From positions 1,364,001-1,428,000 of the forward strand of contig OZ176057.1 of the NCBI GenBank assembly GCA_964247055.1: a DNA stretch of 64,000 nt. The letters run 5' to 3'. Both the position numbers and the translations under genes were made by a program. How positions within the stretch are numbered: position 1 is the first letter of the stretch; each line of letters starts with the position of its first letter. Source of the stretch: Paragordius varius (Eukaryota > Animalia > Nematomorpha). Of this stretch, positions 28,466 through 41,520 are shown in pieces. A model generated the notes under the pieces. That model was given only the letters and a program-made list of their open reading frames with translations. It was not told the DNA's origin and did no database searches.

Positions 28466-31400
28466 TTAATATTGTAAATCAAAAAATAAATTAATATTTT
28501 TACATAAATATATAATTTATAATATAATTCTAGCATTAGTTATTTCGATTTTTTGCATCATTCGATTTCAAATGCCTATTAAGTAGTTTGCATAAAAGTG
28601 TATAGAAATTTTGAAACCCAAAGGTTTATATACGTTTAAAATATTAAAAAAGTCAAATATTTAAAATATATGTTTATATATTAAAAAAAAGTTGATCTAA
28701 ATAAAATAGAATATTTAATATAATAATAGGGCAAAATTAGAATGTTTGGAAATCATTTTACCATCAAATATTTTTATAATAAAAAAATATATATTTCAAC
28801 GCTAAAATTTAACTAGACATTAATTTAAAATCAAATGAATAATTAGAAATGTCATAAGACAAAAAAATTGGTGCAAAAAATTGTTGTTTTTGCTTAAAAA
28901 AATGTTGTCTTTGGTTAAAAAAATGTTGCGTTTGGTTGTAAAAATGTTGCCTTTGGTTGAAAAAAATGTTGCGTTAGGTTGAAAAAATGTTGCCTTTGCT
29001 TGAAATGTTGTGTTTGCTTGAAAAAAATGGTACGTTTGCTTAAAAAAATGTTGTTTTTGGTTGAGAAAATGTTGCGTTCGCTTGAAAAATGTTGCGTTTG
29101 CTTGAAAAAATGTTGTCTTTGCTTGAAAAAAGTCGCTTTTGGTTGAAAAAAATGATGTTTTTACATGAAAAATGGTATATCAAAGGTTACTTTTTATCTA
29201 ATTGTAAGTTATAAAAATATTTAAATAGGTGTCTAACACATGCGGACATCCGCGGCTTTTTGTACCCGCAAAATTTTTTAAAAATACAAAATAAAATGAA
29301 ATTTTATAATTTGTCAAGGTATTTTTGATTTCACTAGCTCAAATTTATATTATTCTCTGTGTGTTACTTATATTTGTTCTAATTTACTCAGAGATATGTC
29401 TATTTTATAAACACTATTAAGATAGATCAATAAAAGTTATAATAATATCTTAGACCGTTGAATATATATATATACAGCCATTTACAAATTGATATTATAC
29501 GGACAAAATGTGAAAATATAAAGACAAATATCTTTATCTAAAAGACAACCATACATATAAGCTATTAAGTTACTATTGTAAATATTGATTGTGTTATTAT
29601 TGTATATGTCTCTTTATTTCACACTACCATTTAAAATGAATTATAATGAAATAAATCAAGATTTAAAAAGCATGGTAGTCTTTTAGAAAAAAATATTTGT
29701 CTTTATATTTTTACGTTTTGTCAGTATAATTTCAGGTTACTGTATGTTTGGGCGTTTTTGTTTTTCATTATATAAGATTAATTTAAAATTTATTTTTGGT
29801 TATGAAAAATTTTGTTAAAAAAAATAATTTAGAAAAGTTTTCCATAAGTCCCATTTTCAAGGTTTGGCCATACAAGCTACTGGACAGCCCTTTTTATTGT
29901 AGCGATATCCATATTTGCATTGAACAGGTGGTATTTTGCAGCCTTCGAGAGAAGAAAACAAATATATATATATATATATATATATGAATATTTTTAAAAC
30001 ATATGCTAATTTTTTAGTTCTAATTATGCATACTCAATTGAATGTCTTCTTGTTTTAATATAGTACGGGTTTTGTGCATTTTAAAAAAGCAAATTTTGAA
30101 AAAAAGTTAAAAAATATACGATTGGTTATTGAGTCGATACTTGGTAACGTAACTTCTTAAAATCACCATTAGACATTTTTTGTAATTATTTCTCAGGTAA
30201 ATATTATTATAATAAAACAATCAGAGGTCCTTACAAACACAGATATAACAATTTCGACTATCTTTCTTGAACATATTCATTTGCTCTGCAAGTTACATTG
30301 CATGATGGGCAACCTTTAATATACAGAAAAAAATCAATCTATAATTATTATTAAAATTAATTATTTTGGGGATCCTTTTTATTCGCATTGGGTAAAAACG
30401 TGCGTTTGATACAAAAAATTAAATTTTCAGATATGCAAAATATTAAGAAAAAATCCGCATCTTTTCTACACTTTTATAAAAGGATTTGATTAATTATGGA
30501 AAAAATATCATTATATGTTAAAAGTTAACAATATATAATAATATAAATGTACATTCGCATATTGGATAGCCGTTTACATATTGATACATTGGACAAATTA
30601 AAGCACAGTAAATGATGGGTCACTCTGTTTTATACCGTAAATTAGTAATTATAATTATAATGAAAACACGTAAAAATTAAAACACAAATATTTTTAACCA
30701 TCCAAATATATTAACTCATAGTTTTTGGTTGCAAAGTGGTGATTAGAGATGTAAATTAATAAAAACTCAATTAAGTTTATTTTTAATTTTAATAAAAATA
30801 GTTAAGGTAGAAGATATCAAGGTGGTTCGTTGTCTTTTCAAAAAACATTTCTTTTGACGTTTTTTCTGTATAATTACAATTTTTAGGGTAAAAGTCTTAT
30901 TTTATTTAATTGTTTCTATTTTTCTTGATCAAAATTGTCAATTACAAAAGTATATTGCTAATTGACATCTCTATCCATATTTTGCTACCCAAAAAAATTA
31001 AAAAACATATTATTTTTAAATTTATAGGCTTTGCAATGTGTTGTTCGTTTCCTACTATCAATTCATTTACAAATCTTTTAAAATCTTTTTTAAAAACCAA
31101 AATTAATTAGATTCTTAAAAACGTCTCTAAAATGTGAAATAAAAATTATTTTTTTGTTAAACGCGTCGAGTTTGTTAAATACTTGCCCCAAAACAAGAGG
31201 TCTCTTAAATGATCATAATTTAAAATTTAAAACTTTTTAAAAAATCCTCATAACAATAAAATTAATAATAATAGTTTTATTCATAGTTTTATTTTTTGAT
31301 GAATGCAGAATTTAATTTTAAATTATCAGCAAACTAAAAGGGTTATTTTCGCGTATAGAAATCATTACAGATGGTTCAGGGTTTTGTCGAATGGTTATAA

Positions 31401-32012
31401 CTGTAGACTGCATTTTAAGCCGACATATTATATATCACAAAAAACAGCTTATAATAGTATTTTATGCACTTAAAGATAAATCCAGTTTTTTAAAATTTTA
31501 TATGTATATAAAAATTGTATTGCTTTTGTACTTGTAATCATCTTTGATGTTTAATAATTTATTTGAGTTTTATAAAAATTATTATTTAGATTTATAATTT
31601 TTATTTATGTTTTATATATTTTTTAAATATGTAATTCTTAAACACATATACAGTAAGTGAAAAATTAATTCTAAATATTGTCAGATGCATTTACAAGAGC
31701 GGATTATTGGCTTAAAGATAAAAAAGCTCATTTCTTTTACGCAGACTTATATCTGGAAATCGAAAAACTGGCATGTATATTTTATAAAAAGATATAAATA
31801 TAAATTTCAGTAGTTTTGGGTTGAGTAATAGCTATATAACAATAATAAATTGGTATGTAATCTTTCATAAAACTTTTACAAGAATAAATTTATATAGAGA
31901 AAAAATAAATAAAATATTATAACTTGCATCGGTTCGGTTTTTGTTAAATTAGAGGTTGCTATAAAATAAGAAAAAATCAAAATCAGATAAAAATAATTTT
32001 GTGATATACATA

Positions 32013-33050
32013 CCAGGTCTAGTCAAAAGTTTTTACAGGTTTTTTATTATAAAAACGTGTTTGAAGGGAAATAAATTATTTTATTTTATTTAAAATATTT
32101 TCTATCGCCTTCTATATTCGCCCATCTCTCAGGTTAAAGATGAATGCCGTTCCAAAAAAACTGTCTTTTGTGGGCAAACCATTTGTCAAGCCATACAACA
32201 TTTTTGAATTGAGGTGCCCGAAGGCACCATTTATGCGAAGAGGATATAGTCAGATGGCGTTATGTCAGGAGCGTACGGATGCGGATGAAGTTTCGATCAA
32301 AGCGATTTTAAAGGTGTCTTTCAATTGTTTTGCTGTCGCATCAACGCGTAGGAAAATCACTTTTCCACATCTTTCCTTACAAATCCGATCGTTTTCCGAT
32401 TAATGCATGGTTCCCAAACAGTCATCACTAGCGTTGGGTTGTCGGATTTGCCAGCATCAAAAGCTTATAGTGCCGGTCTGGTCCCACCTGAAACTGAGCA
32501 TTGTTTTCTTGAGGTAATATGGTCTTTTAATGAATCGGCTTGAAAGATGTAAGCCACGATATTTTCCGCTTTAGATTTATGTAATAAAGCATTTTTCAAC
32601 CCCCGTCACAATTTGATGCAAAAATGTCTCTAAACGCCGAAGCAGTATTACATCAAGTTTTTGATATTATGTTCTTTCGAATTGTGTCTGTTGATTGTTT
32701 TTTTGTGATACATGTGATACCTTGGAGTTAAATCATCATATTCCTCGATTGATCGCTTCGCAGTTATGGGTGTCCAACATTAAATCAGAACATTATTTTT
32801 GAAATATGTTTCACATGGTTTAATCGATAGGGCATGTTCCCATATGTTTTTACCACAAACGATGGCTTTCAACTGCCTTCTTCTGGTAAAATAAGAAAAG
32901 CAATGCGTGCTGCAAATGTTCTTTTATAGGCCCAAAATTCGGCCTAATTATTGTAAATGATAAAATAAGACGCTAGCCTTTTGCGGAGTCAAATTGCGTA
33001 TGTTTGTCGTGTAATAAGAATAAAATGGAGTCTTAATTTAATTGTCGGGG
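32013..33050 (-). pseudogene. Decayed mariner element
   Basis: Minus-strand HPHPYAPDITPSDYILF (YSPDLAPSDY motif) among many stops; mariner-like end TA|ccaggtctagtcaaaagt at 32011; the other end was not found. Confidence 0.75.
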
Positions 33051-35569
33051 TACTTTTTGATTAAAAACAATCATATCAAAATAAATATAAATACACAAAC
33101 ATGAATAGTAAAATTTTTTATAACGTCAATTTTAACATGTTAATTTATATATTAGGAAAAATTTGAAAGAAATATGGTATCTTATTAAAATAATAGCCTT
33201 TTCAATTTTATATTCCTTTTTTTGTAATCTATAATTTTCACATTAAAAGTGTCCTTGAATACTAACTTCAAGTTGGCCATTGAACATATTAAATGGGTCC
33301 TTAAACACTTCAAGTTGGTCCTTGAAACACAAGTGGATACAATTATTAATGTTTTAAACGAATTGTAAATAACCCAGAATTATATTTTTTTCAATTATTG
33401 AAACTTATTAAAATTAATTTATTAATAAACTTAATAAAGATATACAGATTCTGATTGATCAAACGTGATTTTAAAATTTGGTTAAATCAAGAAAATAAGT
33501 TAAAAATTAAAATAGATGAATGATACAGAGATTTGATTGATAAAAGTTAAAAAATATACCAAAAAAGTTAAAGGACCTTAGTGTTCAACCAACGTGAAGA
33601 CACCCTTGAAGTGCAAAAGTATGTTTGCTTATGTCATTCCTACATTAAATGATTTAACAAATTACTTGTTAAAGACACTGTAGTTGTGGATTGTAGAGCA
33701 GCTAAATGAAAATATTTTTCATTTAAAATGATTTTTCATATAAAGACCTTAATACCTTTTCAAACCTTGGTATATTCAACTCAATCACGATTTTTAATTT
33801 TATAATTAAGTCTAACAATTCGCATCACTATTTCATATTTTGCAACCCGAAATTATGAGTTTAAAAAAATAAGGTGTTTTAAAAATATGGTTGTTTGACT
33901 TTTAGCTTTATGTGTCGTAATCTTTCATTTATAACATAAAGTATTAATAAAAATCAGACTTGAATTGGGTTTGATAGTGGTTGGGATGGTAACTAGAAAT
34001 AAATTCTTTTTCAAATTACTAACCGTAAAAAATTAAATCTTTTTTTGATCTTGTCGCATTAAAATTGATTAAATAGGGGTGTCCACCATGCATCCCCCTG
34101 AAACATTAAGTGCGGCCCGTGAAAATTTTAGAAATCCATAATCTAAAAATAGTCATAAAAATTTAGTAAACTAAATATTTATTAAACAAATATTTCAATA
34201 AGTCCACCTAAGCAATTGTCAACGAACTGGATAAAATTGTTTTATTTTAACTCTCTTATGTTTGAAATCTAATGAAATATTTTCGAGTGAGGCCCACCGA
34301 TGTTTTCTTTTCAAAAAAGCGCGCACCGTAAATTTTTGTTTTGATTATTGATCTAAATAATAGCGACTAAATTTTGAATAAAACAGTTTTATACATTAAA
34401 ACTATTTTTTGTGTTATAAAGATAGTAAAAATTGAAACACGGCTAAATGTAAAAATATACAATTCTTTTAAAAGACCGCTATACTGTTTCATGATTTTTA
34501 TTTAATAGCTAATTGTCTGCAAAATATGAGTAGAGCTGCAAGTTGCTAAAACAAATTATAATTCTAACTGTAACAAATTGTGTAGATAGGAAAAATTAAG
34601 GTTTAAAGAAGTATTTTTTGAAAAATGATATTTATCCGATGTTTTTGAGTTTTGTCTCTTTGATTTCAATTTTAATAATTATAGCACATTAGATGAAAAC
34701 ATTATCTTATTTTCAATAAAAAAATTATCATAATTTAATTTAACATTTCTTTACCTTTTCAGTTTTTTGTAGACTACCCTGTGGGGAAGTTTTATATCCA
34801 AGAGCTCAATTTCGTAAATAAACTACATATTTGGAAGTTATTTTAAAAATTTAATTATCAAACATTGTTCTTACTTAATAAAATTCTTATATATTTTATA
34901 GTTTTGTTATCTCTAAAGTCTAAAATTGGACAGCTCTAAAACACCATAGAAACGAACAGCTGAATTAAAATCAAAATATATCAGGTTTTTGCTGGTAAAA
35001 TGTAGCCTGAAAGCTTTTTAATTATTATATTTTCTAACAATACTTTATTTCCTTGGTTGAGTTGGAGATAAAAAAATTTAAAAAAATGGCGGCAAATTAT
35101 TTTATAATTTTCCATTTTAAAAAAATTTTTGTATGATGCGCGTAGGCTAAAGGAAGTATTTTTTTATATTCGACTTAATACCTTAAGTATTTTTTAAGAT
35201 ATTCATCGCTGTGAGATATTAAACTACCCCAAATGGAAATGGAGTGTGATATAAAATTTAGCACACAAACTAATCAAAATCATTTTATTTGCCGAATAAA
35301 ATTAAAATATTATCTACGAGAACGAATAATTTATATTAGAATAATAATTTATATTAAATCGTATGTCGATGTAGTAGCTTTTTCAATACAAAAGAAAATA
35401 ATGATAAAATATAATTGCAACAAAATTTGATAATATAAAAATTAAAATTAAAAAATGTTATATCTATGTGGTTTTTCTCTATTGTTTTTTCTTGGAGTGA
35501 TAAATATCTTGAAATCATCCGTTCTTTTAATGACATTAAAGTTATTTTCTTTTCTCTTTTCTGTTGATA

Positions 35570-36380
35570 AGGTTGATACTATTTGAATGGATGAAACAAG
35601 CCTCCAAAATTAACCCCGTCGGATAATTTGTCTGCTTGTGCTATAAGGAATGCTGGGGGGAAAGTGTGGCCGCCTGTATTCTTGCAATGGTCTTAGACAC
35701 CCGAACTTTTTTTATTGTACTCTTTAGAGAAAAAAACAGTTTTTTTATTGCCCGTAATAACAAGAGTATATGTATGCAACTCCATTGTAAAGAACTTTTT
35801 CTTACCATTTTTTACCCATTACATCTAACCATCGCAACTTATAAAGCCATAACAAACGCCTTTCTAAAAAGAACGCTAGGTTACTAAATGACATAATGGT
35901 ATGAACACAAACATCAGATATTGTGACCAAGTTGCTTGATCAATGTTACAAAAAGCATTGGATAACCGATTCAATAAACAATAAGTATGTTAAACTCAAG
36001 AGAAAAACAAAATCCGTCCGAAAGATGTGTATGCCTAACTCATATCAACACTATAAAATATTAACAACATTATAACAAAAAACGATGTGCCTTTTATTAC
36101 AAACAATCATTAAATTTATTAAGTTTGTTAAACCACGGCGAGAACCAACCGAATACACCGTCTACCACAAGAAATTTAATGATGTCCAGCGAACTATATT
36201 GGGCAATCCAAACGCCCTTTAAGTATTAGAGAAAAAGAGCACAATATAAAAAGTTCGGCCTTCTACGACCAATGCAAGATTACAGGCTACACCTTCTCCC
36301 CAGCATCTATTATAGCACAAGCCGAAAAATTATCCGACAGGTTTAGAGACTTGTTTCATCCATCCAAATAGTATCATCTA
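35570..36380. mobile_element. Unclassified non-autonomous element with ~150-bp imperfect TIRs
   Basis: 35576-35725 (gatactatttg...gtcggataattt...cttgtgctata...gaacttttt) is an imperfect reverse complement of ~36230-36376; no clear TSD. Confidence 0.6.
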
Positions 36381-36823
36381 TATCAACAAAGAGGAAAGAA
36401 AAGAACTCTGTCACTAAATGCTTAAAATAAACGGACTATTTTGATATATATACCACTGGAAGAAAAAAACAATAAAGATAAATCACATGTACATCACATT
36501 TTATTTGTTTTACCATATTTTATAATTATTTTTTCAAATTTTGTTTTAATTATGTTTTTCATTATTTTCTTTTGTCAGTTAATCATTGAAAAAGGTACTA
36601 CCATGTATCAGAAATTATGGATATAATTTAATAAATTTTACGTCAATTCATTTTGTTATTAATATAGTTTGTCCATTTTTAAATACAAATTTAATAAAAT
36701 GTTAAAACAATGGGAAATATTCTTTAACTGCAATGAATTGCTTTTTTACCTGTGCTGTAAAAATATAAATTATATTTCGATACGCTAATCTGCAAATGAT
36801 TTTGTTTTTAAAAGCCTTTAAAT

Positions 36824-37634
36824 CAGGGGTGTCCAACTAGTTCCGGGGCACTTGGGGTCATTTCAAAATTTTGACTGGCAATTGAAAAAATTTTCGCAAA
36901 AAGTTTACATTTTTGAGTGGCGATGTAAAAATTATAAATTTTTTTATAATATTATTATTTTTCATCACATTCATTTAATCATTTAATTACTTTAAAATCT
37001 AAAAATATTTAGAATACTTGCCACTGGTAAATCTTTTAGGTAATTATTTAGTGAAAGAGCCATATTTCTGAAAACGACAGTCCCATTTTTATATCCATAT
37101 TATTGGAGTTATAAATTACGTATTCGACAGTAATTACAATTGGTAAACTTGGGTCATTGTAACGGGAATATGTGGTGAAACAAGCGGTGTATTGTTAATA
37201 TTGATCTTTATTAGGACGCCGAATTTTATTTTAATACAATTATAAAAGATTTCACGGTAGCCCATACATAAATTTCTAATATCTTTGATAAATTTAAAAA
37301 GTTGCTAAGCACAGTTCAGCACGAATTTAAGTGGGGTAAGTTTAAGTTGTCTTCAATAAAAAATCCAATTCTCGAGTAGATTTAATTGTGATATTTTTGG
37401 GCTTTCAACAATGGTAGATATATTTAAAAAATTAAGTTTAATTTGATTTCATAGCATATTGTAATAGTTAAATAGTAATTTTGTTATTTATATAAAAATT
37501 AACGCATCAGCATATGTTCATATAATAAATTTATTTGATTCTTATGTCTTGATATATATTAATTTCAATGTGGCTCTTCGGATCTTTGAGGTCGAAAATG
37601 CGGCTCTTCAGGCCATTTGTGTTGGACACCCCTG
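36824..37634. mobile_element. hAT-type MITE
   Basis: TIR caggggtgtccaac / gttggacacccctg with perfect 8-bp TSD ctttaaat. Confidence 0.9.
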
Positions 37635-38086
37635 CTTTAAATTATAATATTTATCTTGAAACTACATTTTTTCACTTCATAAATAACGATGGAATCAAGA
37701 ATTATTAAGTAAAAAAAATATTATTTGCATAATTATTTTTTAAAATGTATTTCAAAAATTAATATAAAAACATATCTATTTTTTTGAGTTAGTTTAATTT
37801 TTAAATAAAATACTGGTCGTGGGTTCCTCTGTCACTGTTGGCTGAGCATTAGCTATAGAATAATATACTATAAATAAAATGTAAAAAGCAAATAAGTTTT
37901 TTTTAGAAAAAACAACCTTAATAACTATTTTTTTTCTATATAAATAGTTTTGGGTTACAATACGATGGAAATAGAGATGTTAATTAATAACACTTTAATT
38001 ACAGTATGCATTTTAATGTATGTTAAGTAATTTTATTGCCAGTCAAATAACATAAATGGTGCGTAAAATACTGACCTACAAAATTA

Positions 38087-39832
38087 CAGTAAATGTTAAT
38101 TTTTAATATCAAGAATTTTTTTTTTAATCCATGTGGCATTTTTTTATCCTTTTAAAAGTTGTTTTACAAGCATATAAAAAATAACGCTTACATATATATT
38201 TAAATGTACTTACATGTCCCTTTTCGGTACACATACATGAGAGATACATTAACATTGCAATATGTTCCCCTTCTCGCTACATTTATTATTTGAGAAATGG
38301 TAACATCGCATATGGGTTTTGCCTACTTTGATAAATATTTAGGTTTGATATAACATTTTTGATAAATATTTAGGTTTGATATAACATTTTTATAAAATTA
38401 GGTATTAATCAGTATGTTATGTGTTGAGCATACTTTGATTTTTAATTTTTAAGTTTATATATTTTTTTTATAAAAAATATTAAGTTTTTATTATTTTGTC
38501 AAAAAGAAATTTAGAATTAATGTATAGTTTTTGTGAAGAAGATAGTATAGATGAAAGTTTGCCATCAACATCAGATTCAAACTATGGGAACACATTAATA
38601 ACCCAGACTCCAGAGATCAAAAAAAGTATTTTTTTTATCCTTATTTTAGGGCAGTATTGGAGCAAAAGAAAGATGGAAAAAGCCATCTATCTTTTTCCAT
38701 TACACAATGAAAAACCAAGTCGATGGTTTTGTGATTTCTTAGATATGTCAGAATCAAGCATAAATAAATTGCGACAAAAGTTTATGCGAGGAGAGTCAAT
38801 GATCATCACTAAACAGGGCCGAAAGAAGAAATATGATAATTTAAAATTACAGAAAATTATAGCTGACATCATTAAAGATAATAATCAAATATATTTGGAG
38901 GAACTTTTAAAATGTATTCCGGAAAACTTCAGCGTTTCCAGATCCACACTTTGCAAATGTTTGAAACACATGAATATTACACACAAAAGAGGTTATTTTG
39001 AACCCATCAACCGTAACACGCCCCTAAATATAGACAAAAGATTTCAATATGCCCAGGATGTATTACAAAAAGATATGGATCTTTTTTTATGTGGATGAAT
39101 GTGGATTTAATGTAAAGCCCCCAGTTAAACCCAATTGAAAATTTTTTTGCTAAAATCAAAAAAAGACAGGAAAGATGCCATTTCAACAATGTGGAAGAAT
39201 TGATTGAAAACATAACTCAAATTCTTGAAAATATTCAGCACATTCATCTTTTTAAATATTATGAGCACACCAAAAAAATTGTCAAAAATATTTGCTTAAA
39301 TAAATTACCACTTGAACCAGATAATAATTATAAATAAATAAATGATATTATTTTACCATTTTTCGTGACATTTCTCAGTTTTAATTTTAGGTGATATTGT
39401 GTTTTCAAAAAAAGTCAGCAAAATCAAATTAATATTTAAATTTGTATAATACAAGTTTTATTACGCACATAAGCGATTTATATGTTATCAAATATATTTT
39501 TTTATAGTCTTTACTGATATTATTTAATTAATTATTAAAAACTTAATTTTTAAAATTACATATAAAACCTAAAAAATTATTTAATGAAGTAGGCAAAACC
39601 CATATGCGATGTTACCATTTTTCAAATAATAAATGTAGCGAGAAGAGGAACATATTGCAATGTTATAATATATATCTCTCATATATGTGTACCGAAAAGG
39701 GACATGTAAGTACATTTAAATATATATGTAAGTGTTATTTTTTATATGCTTGTAAAACAACTTTAGAAATGATAAAAAAATGCCACATGGATTAAAAAAA
39801 AAATTCTTGATATTAAAAATTAACATTTACTG
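38087..39832 (+). mobile_element. IS630/Tc1-like element with ~245-bp TIRs, internally deleted, nested in the palindrome arm
   Basis: TA|cagtaaatgtt ... aacatttactg|TA; transposase pieces QGRKKKY..VSRSTLCKCLKHMNITHKR, VDECGF, then directly PQLNPIENFF (catalytic middle deleted). Confidence 0.9.
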
Positions 39833-40249
39833 TATTTCGTAGTACACATATGAAAGAGGATTGACGTGAGATTTAACATATGCTTTAAATTTGATGGATA
39901 TTTTGTAATGTTAAATTTTGAGAATATTTATTGTTAACATTTGAAATATTGTTGTTACGCATTTAGATGCGGAATTTTGTGGGTTTTTATATTTGATAAA
40001 TTAATAAATAGTAAAATACGTATTTTAAGATATTTTATGTTAATTATTGCTAAATTTAATAATAAATATTTTTCAACATGCTAAATACCTGTATTAATCA
40101 ATCTTGGTACTATATTTTTATATAGTTGTTATTACTAATTAAAAAAACACAGGTAAATATATATTTGTAATTTAAGTATATTTTTGTCTTTTATGTTTTG
40201 CATTGTTATTTATTGATGGTAAATATTCGGTTTTTAAATTTAGTTAAAT

Positions 40250-41520
40250 TTAATTATTTTTGTTTTTTTTATGTAACATTGTTAATTGTACTCAATTACT
40301 ACATATTTTGGACATTTTAATAAATACTAGTAAAAATTGCGGTTATTAATAAATTTAGTAAAAATTTAGTTTTGTTTTTTTGTTTTTTAGGTTTTGCATT
40401 GTTAATTGTAATTAATTACTACATATTTTACACATTATTATAAATACAGGTAAAAATTGCGGTTTTTAACAAATTTAGTAAAAATTTATATTTTTAGGTT
40501 TTGCATTGTTATTGTAATTAATTACTACATATTTTAAACATTATTATAAATACAGGTAAAAATTGCGGTTTTTAATAAATATAGTTAAAGAATTGTAATT
40601 AATTACTACATATTTTGGACATTTGAATAAATACAGGTAAAAATTGCGGTTTTTAATAAATATAGTAAAAATTTAGTTTTTTTTGTTTTTTAGGTTTTGC
40701 AATGTTAATTGTAATTAATTACTACATATTTTGGACATTATTATAAATACAGGTAAAAATTGCGGTTTTTAACAAATATAGTTAAAATTTAATTTGTTTT
40801 GTTTATTCATTGTTAATTGTAATTAATTACTATATTTTGGACATTTAAATAAATACAGGTAAAAATTGCGGTTTTTAACATATTTAGTAAAAATTTAGTT
40901 TTTTTTGTTTTTCTAGGTTTTGCATTGTTAATTGTAATTAATTACTACATATTTTGAACATTATTATAAATACATGTAAAAATTGCGGTTTTTAACAAAT
41001 TTAGTAAAAATTTAGTTTTTTTTTGTTTTTTTAGGTTTTGCATTGTTATTAATTACTACATATTTTGGACATTTTAATAATTACAGCTAAAAATTGCGGT
41101 TTTTAATAAATATAGTTGGAATTTAATTTGTTTTGTTTATTCATTGTAATTAATTACTACATATGGACATTTAAATAAATACATAAAAAATTGCGGTTGT
41201 TTATATATTTGGTAAAAATTTAATTTTTTTATTTAACATTGTTAATTGTAATTAATTACTACATATTTTGGACATTTGAATAAATACAGAAAAAATTACG
41301 GTTCTTAACAAATTTCAAATTTAATATTTTTTGTATATATATCATTGTTATTTGTTATTAATTACTAAATATTTTGGACATTTAAAAAACAGGGGAAAAT
41401 TGCGGTTTTTAATAAATTAGTAAAATTTTTAATTTTTTGTTCAACCTTGCTAATTTATTAATTACTATATATTTTTTATACATGATATATACAGGTAAAT
41501 ATTACTATGATTTGCGGTTT
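40250..41520. repeat. ~110-130-bp tandem repeat, left arm of palindrome
   Basis: About 11 units of attactacatattttggacatt...caggtaaaaattgcggttttt; inverted set of about 7 units at ~43020-43830. Confidence 0.88.

Larger units (their letters stand above)
22635..29186. mobile_element. Foldback-like long-TIR element with ~20-bp subrepeats, carrying nested insertions
   Basis: 22635-22667 plus 26194-~26680 is the reverse complement of ~28585-29186; arms contain tandem tttttcaaccaaacgcaacatt-type units. Exact termini and TSD not resolved. Confidence 0.75.

Noticed and set aside
39604-39795. ORF MRCYHFSNNK...
   Set aside because: Lies wholly within the right TIR of the 38087-39832 element.
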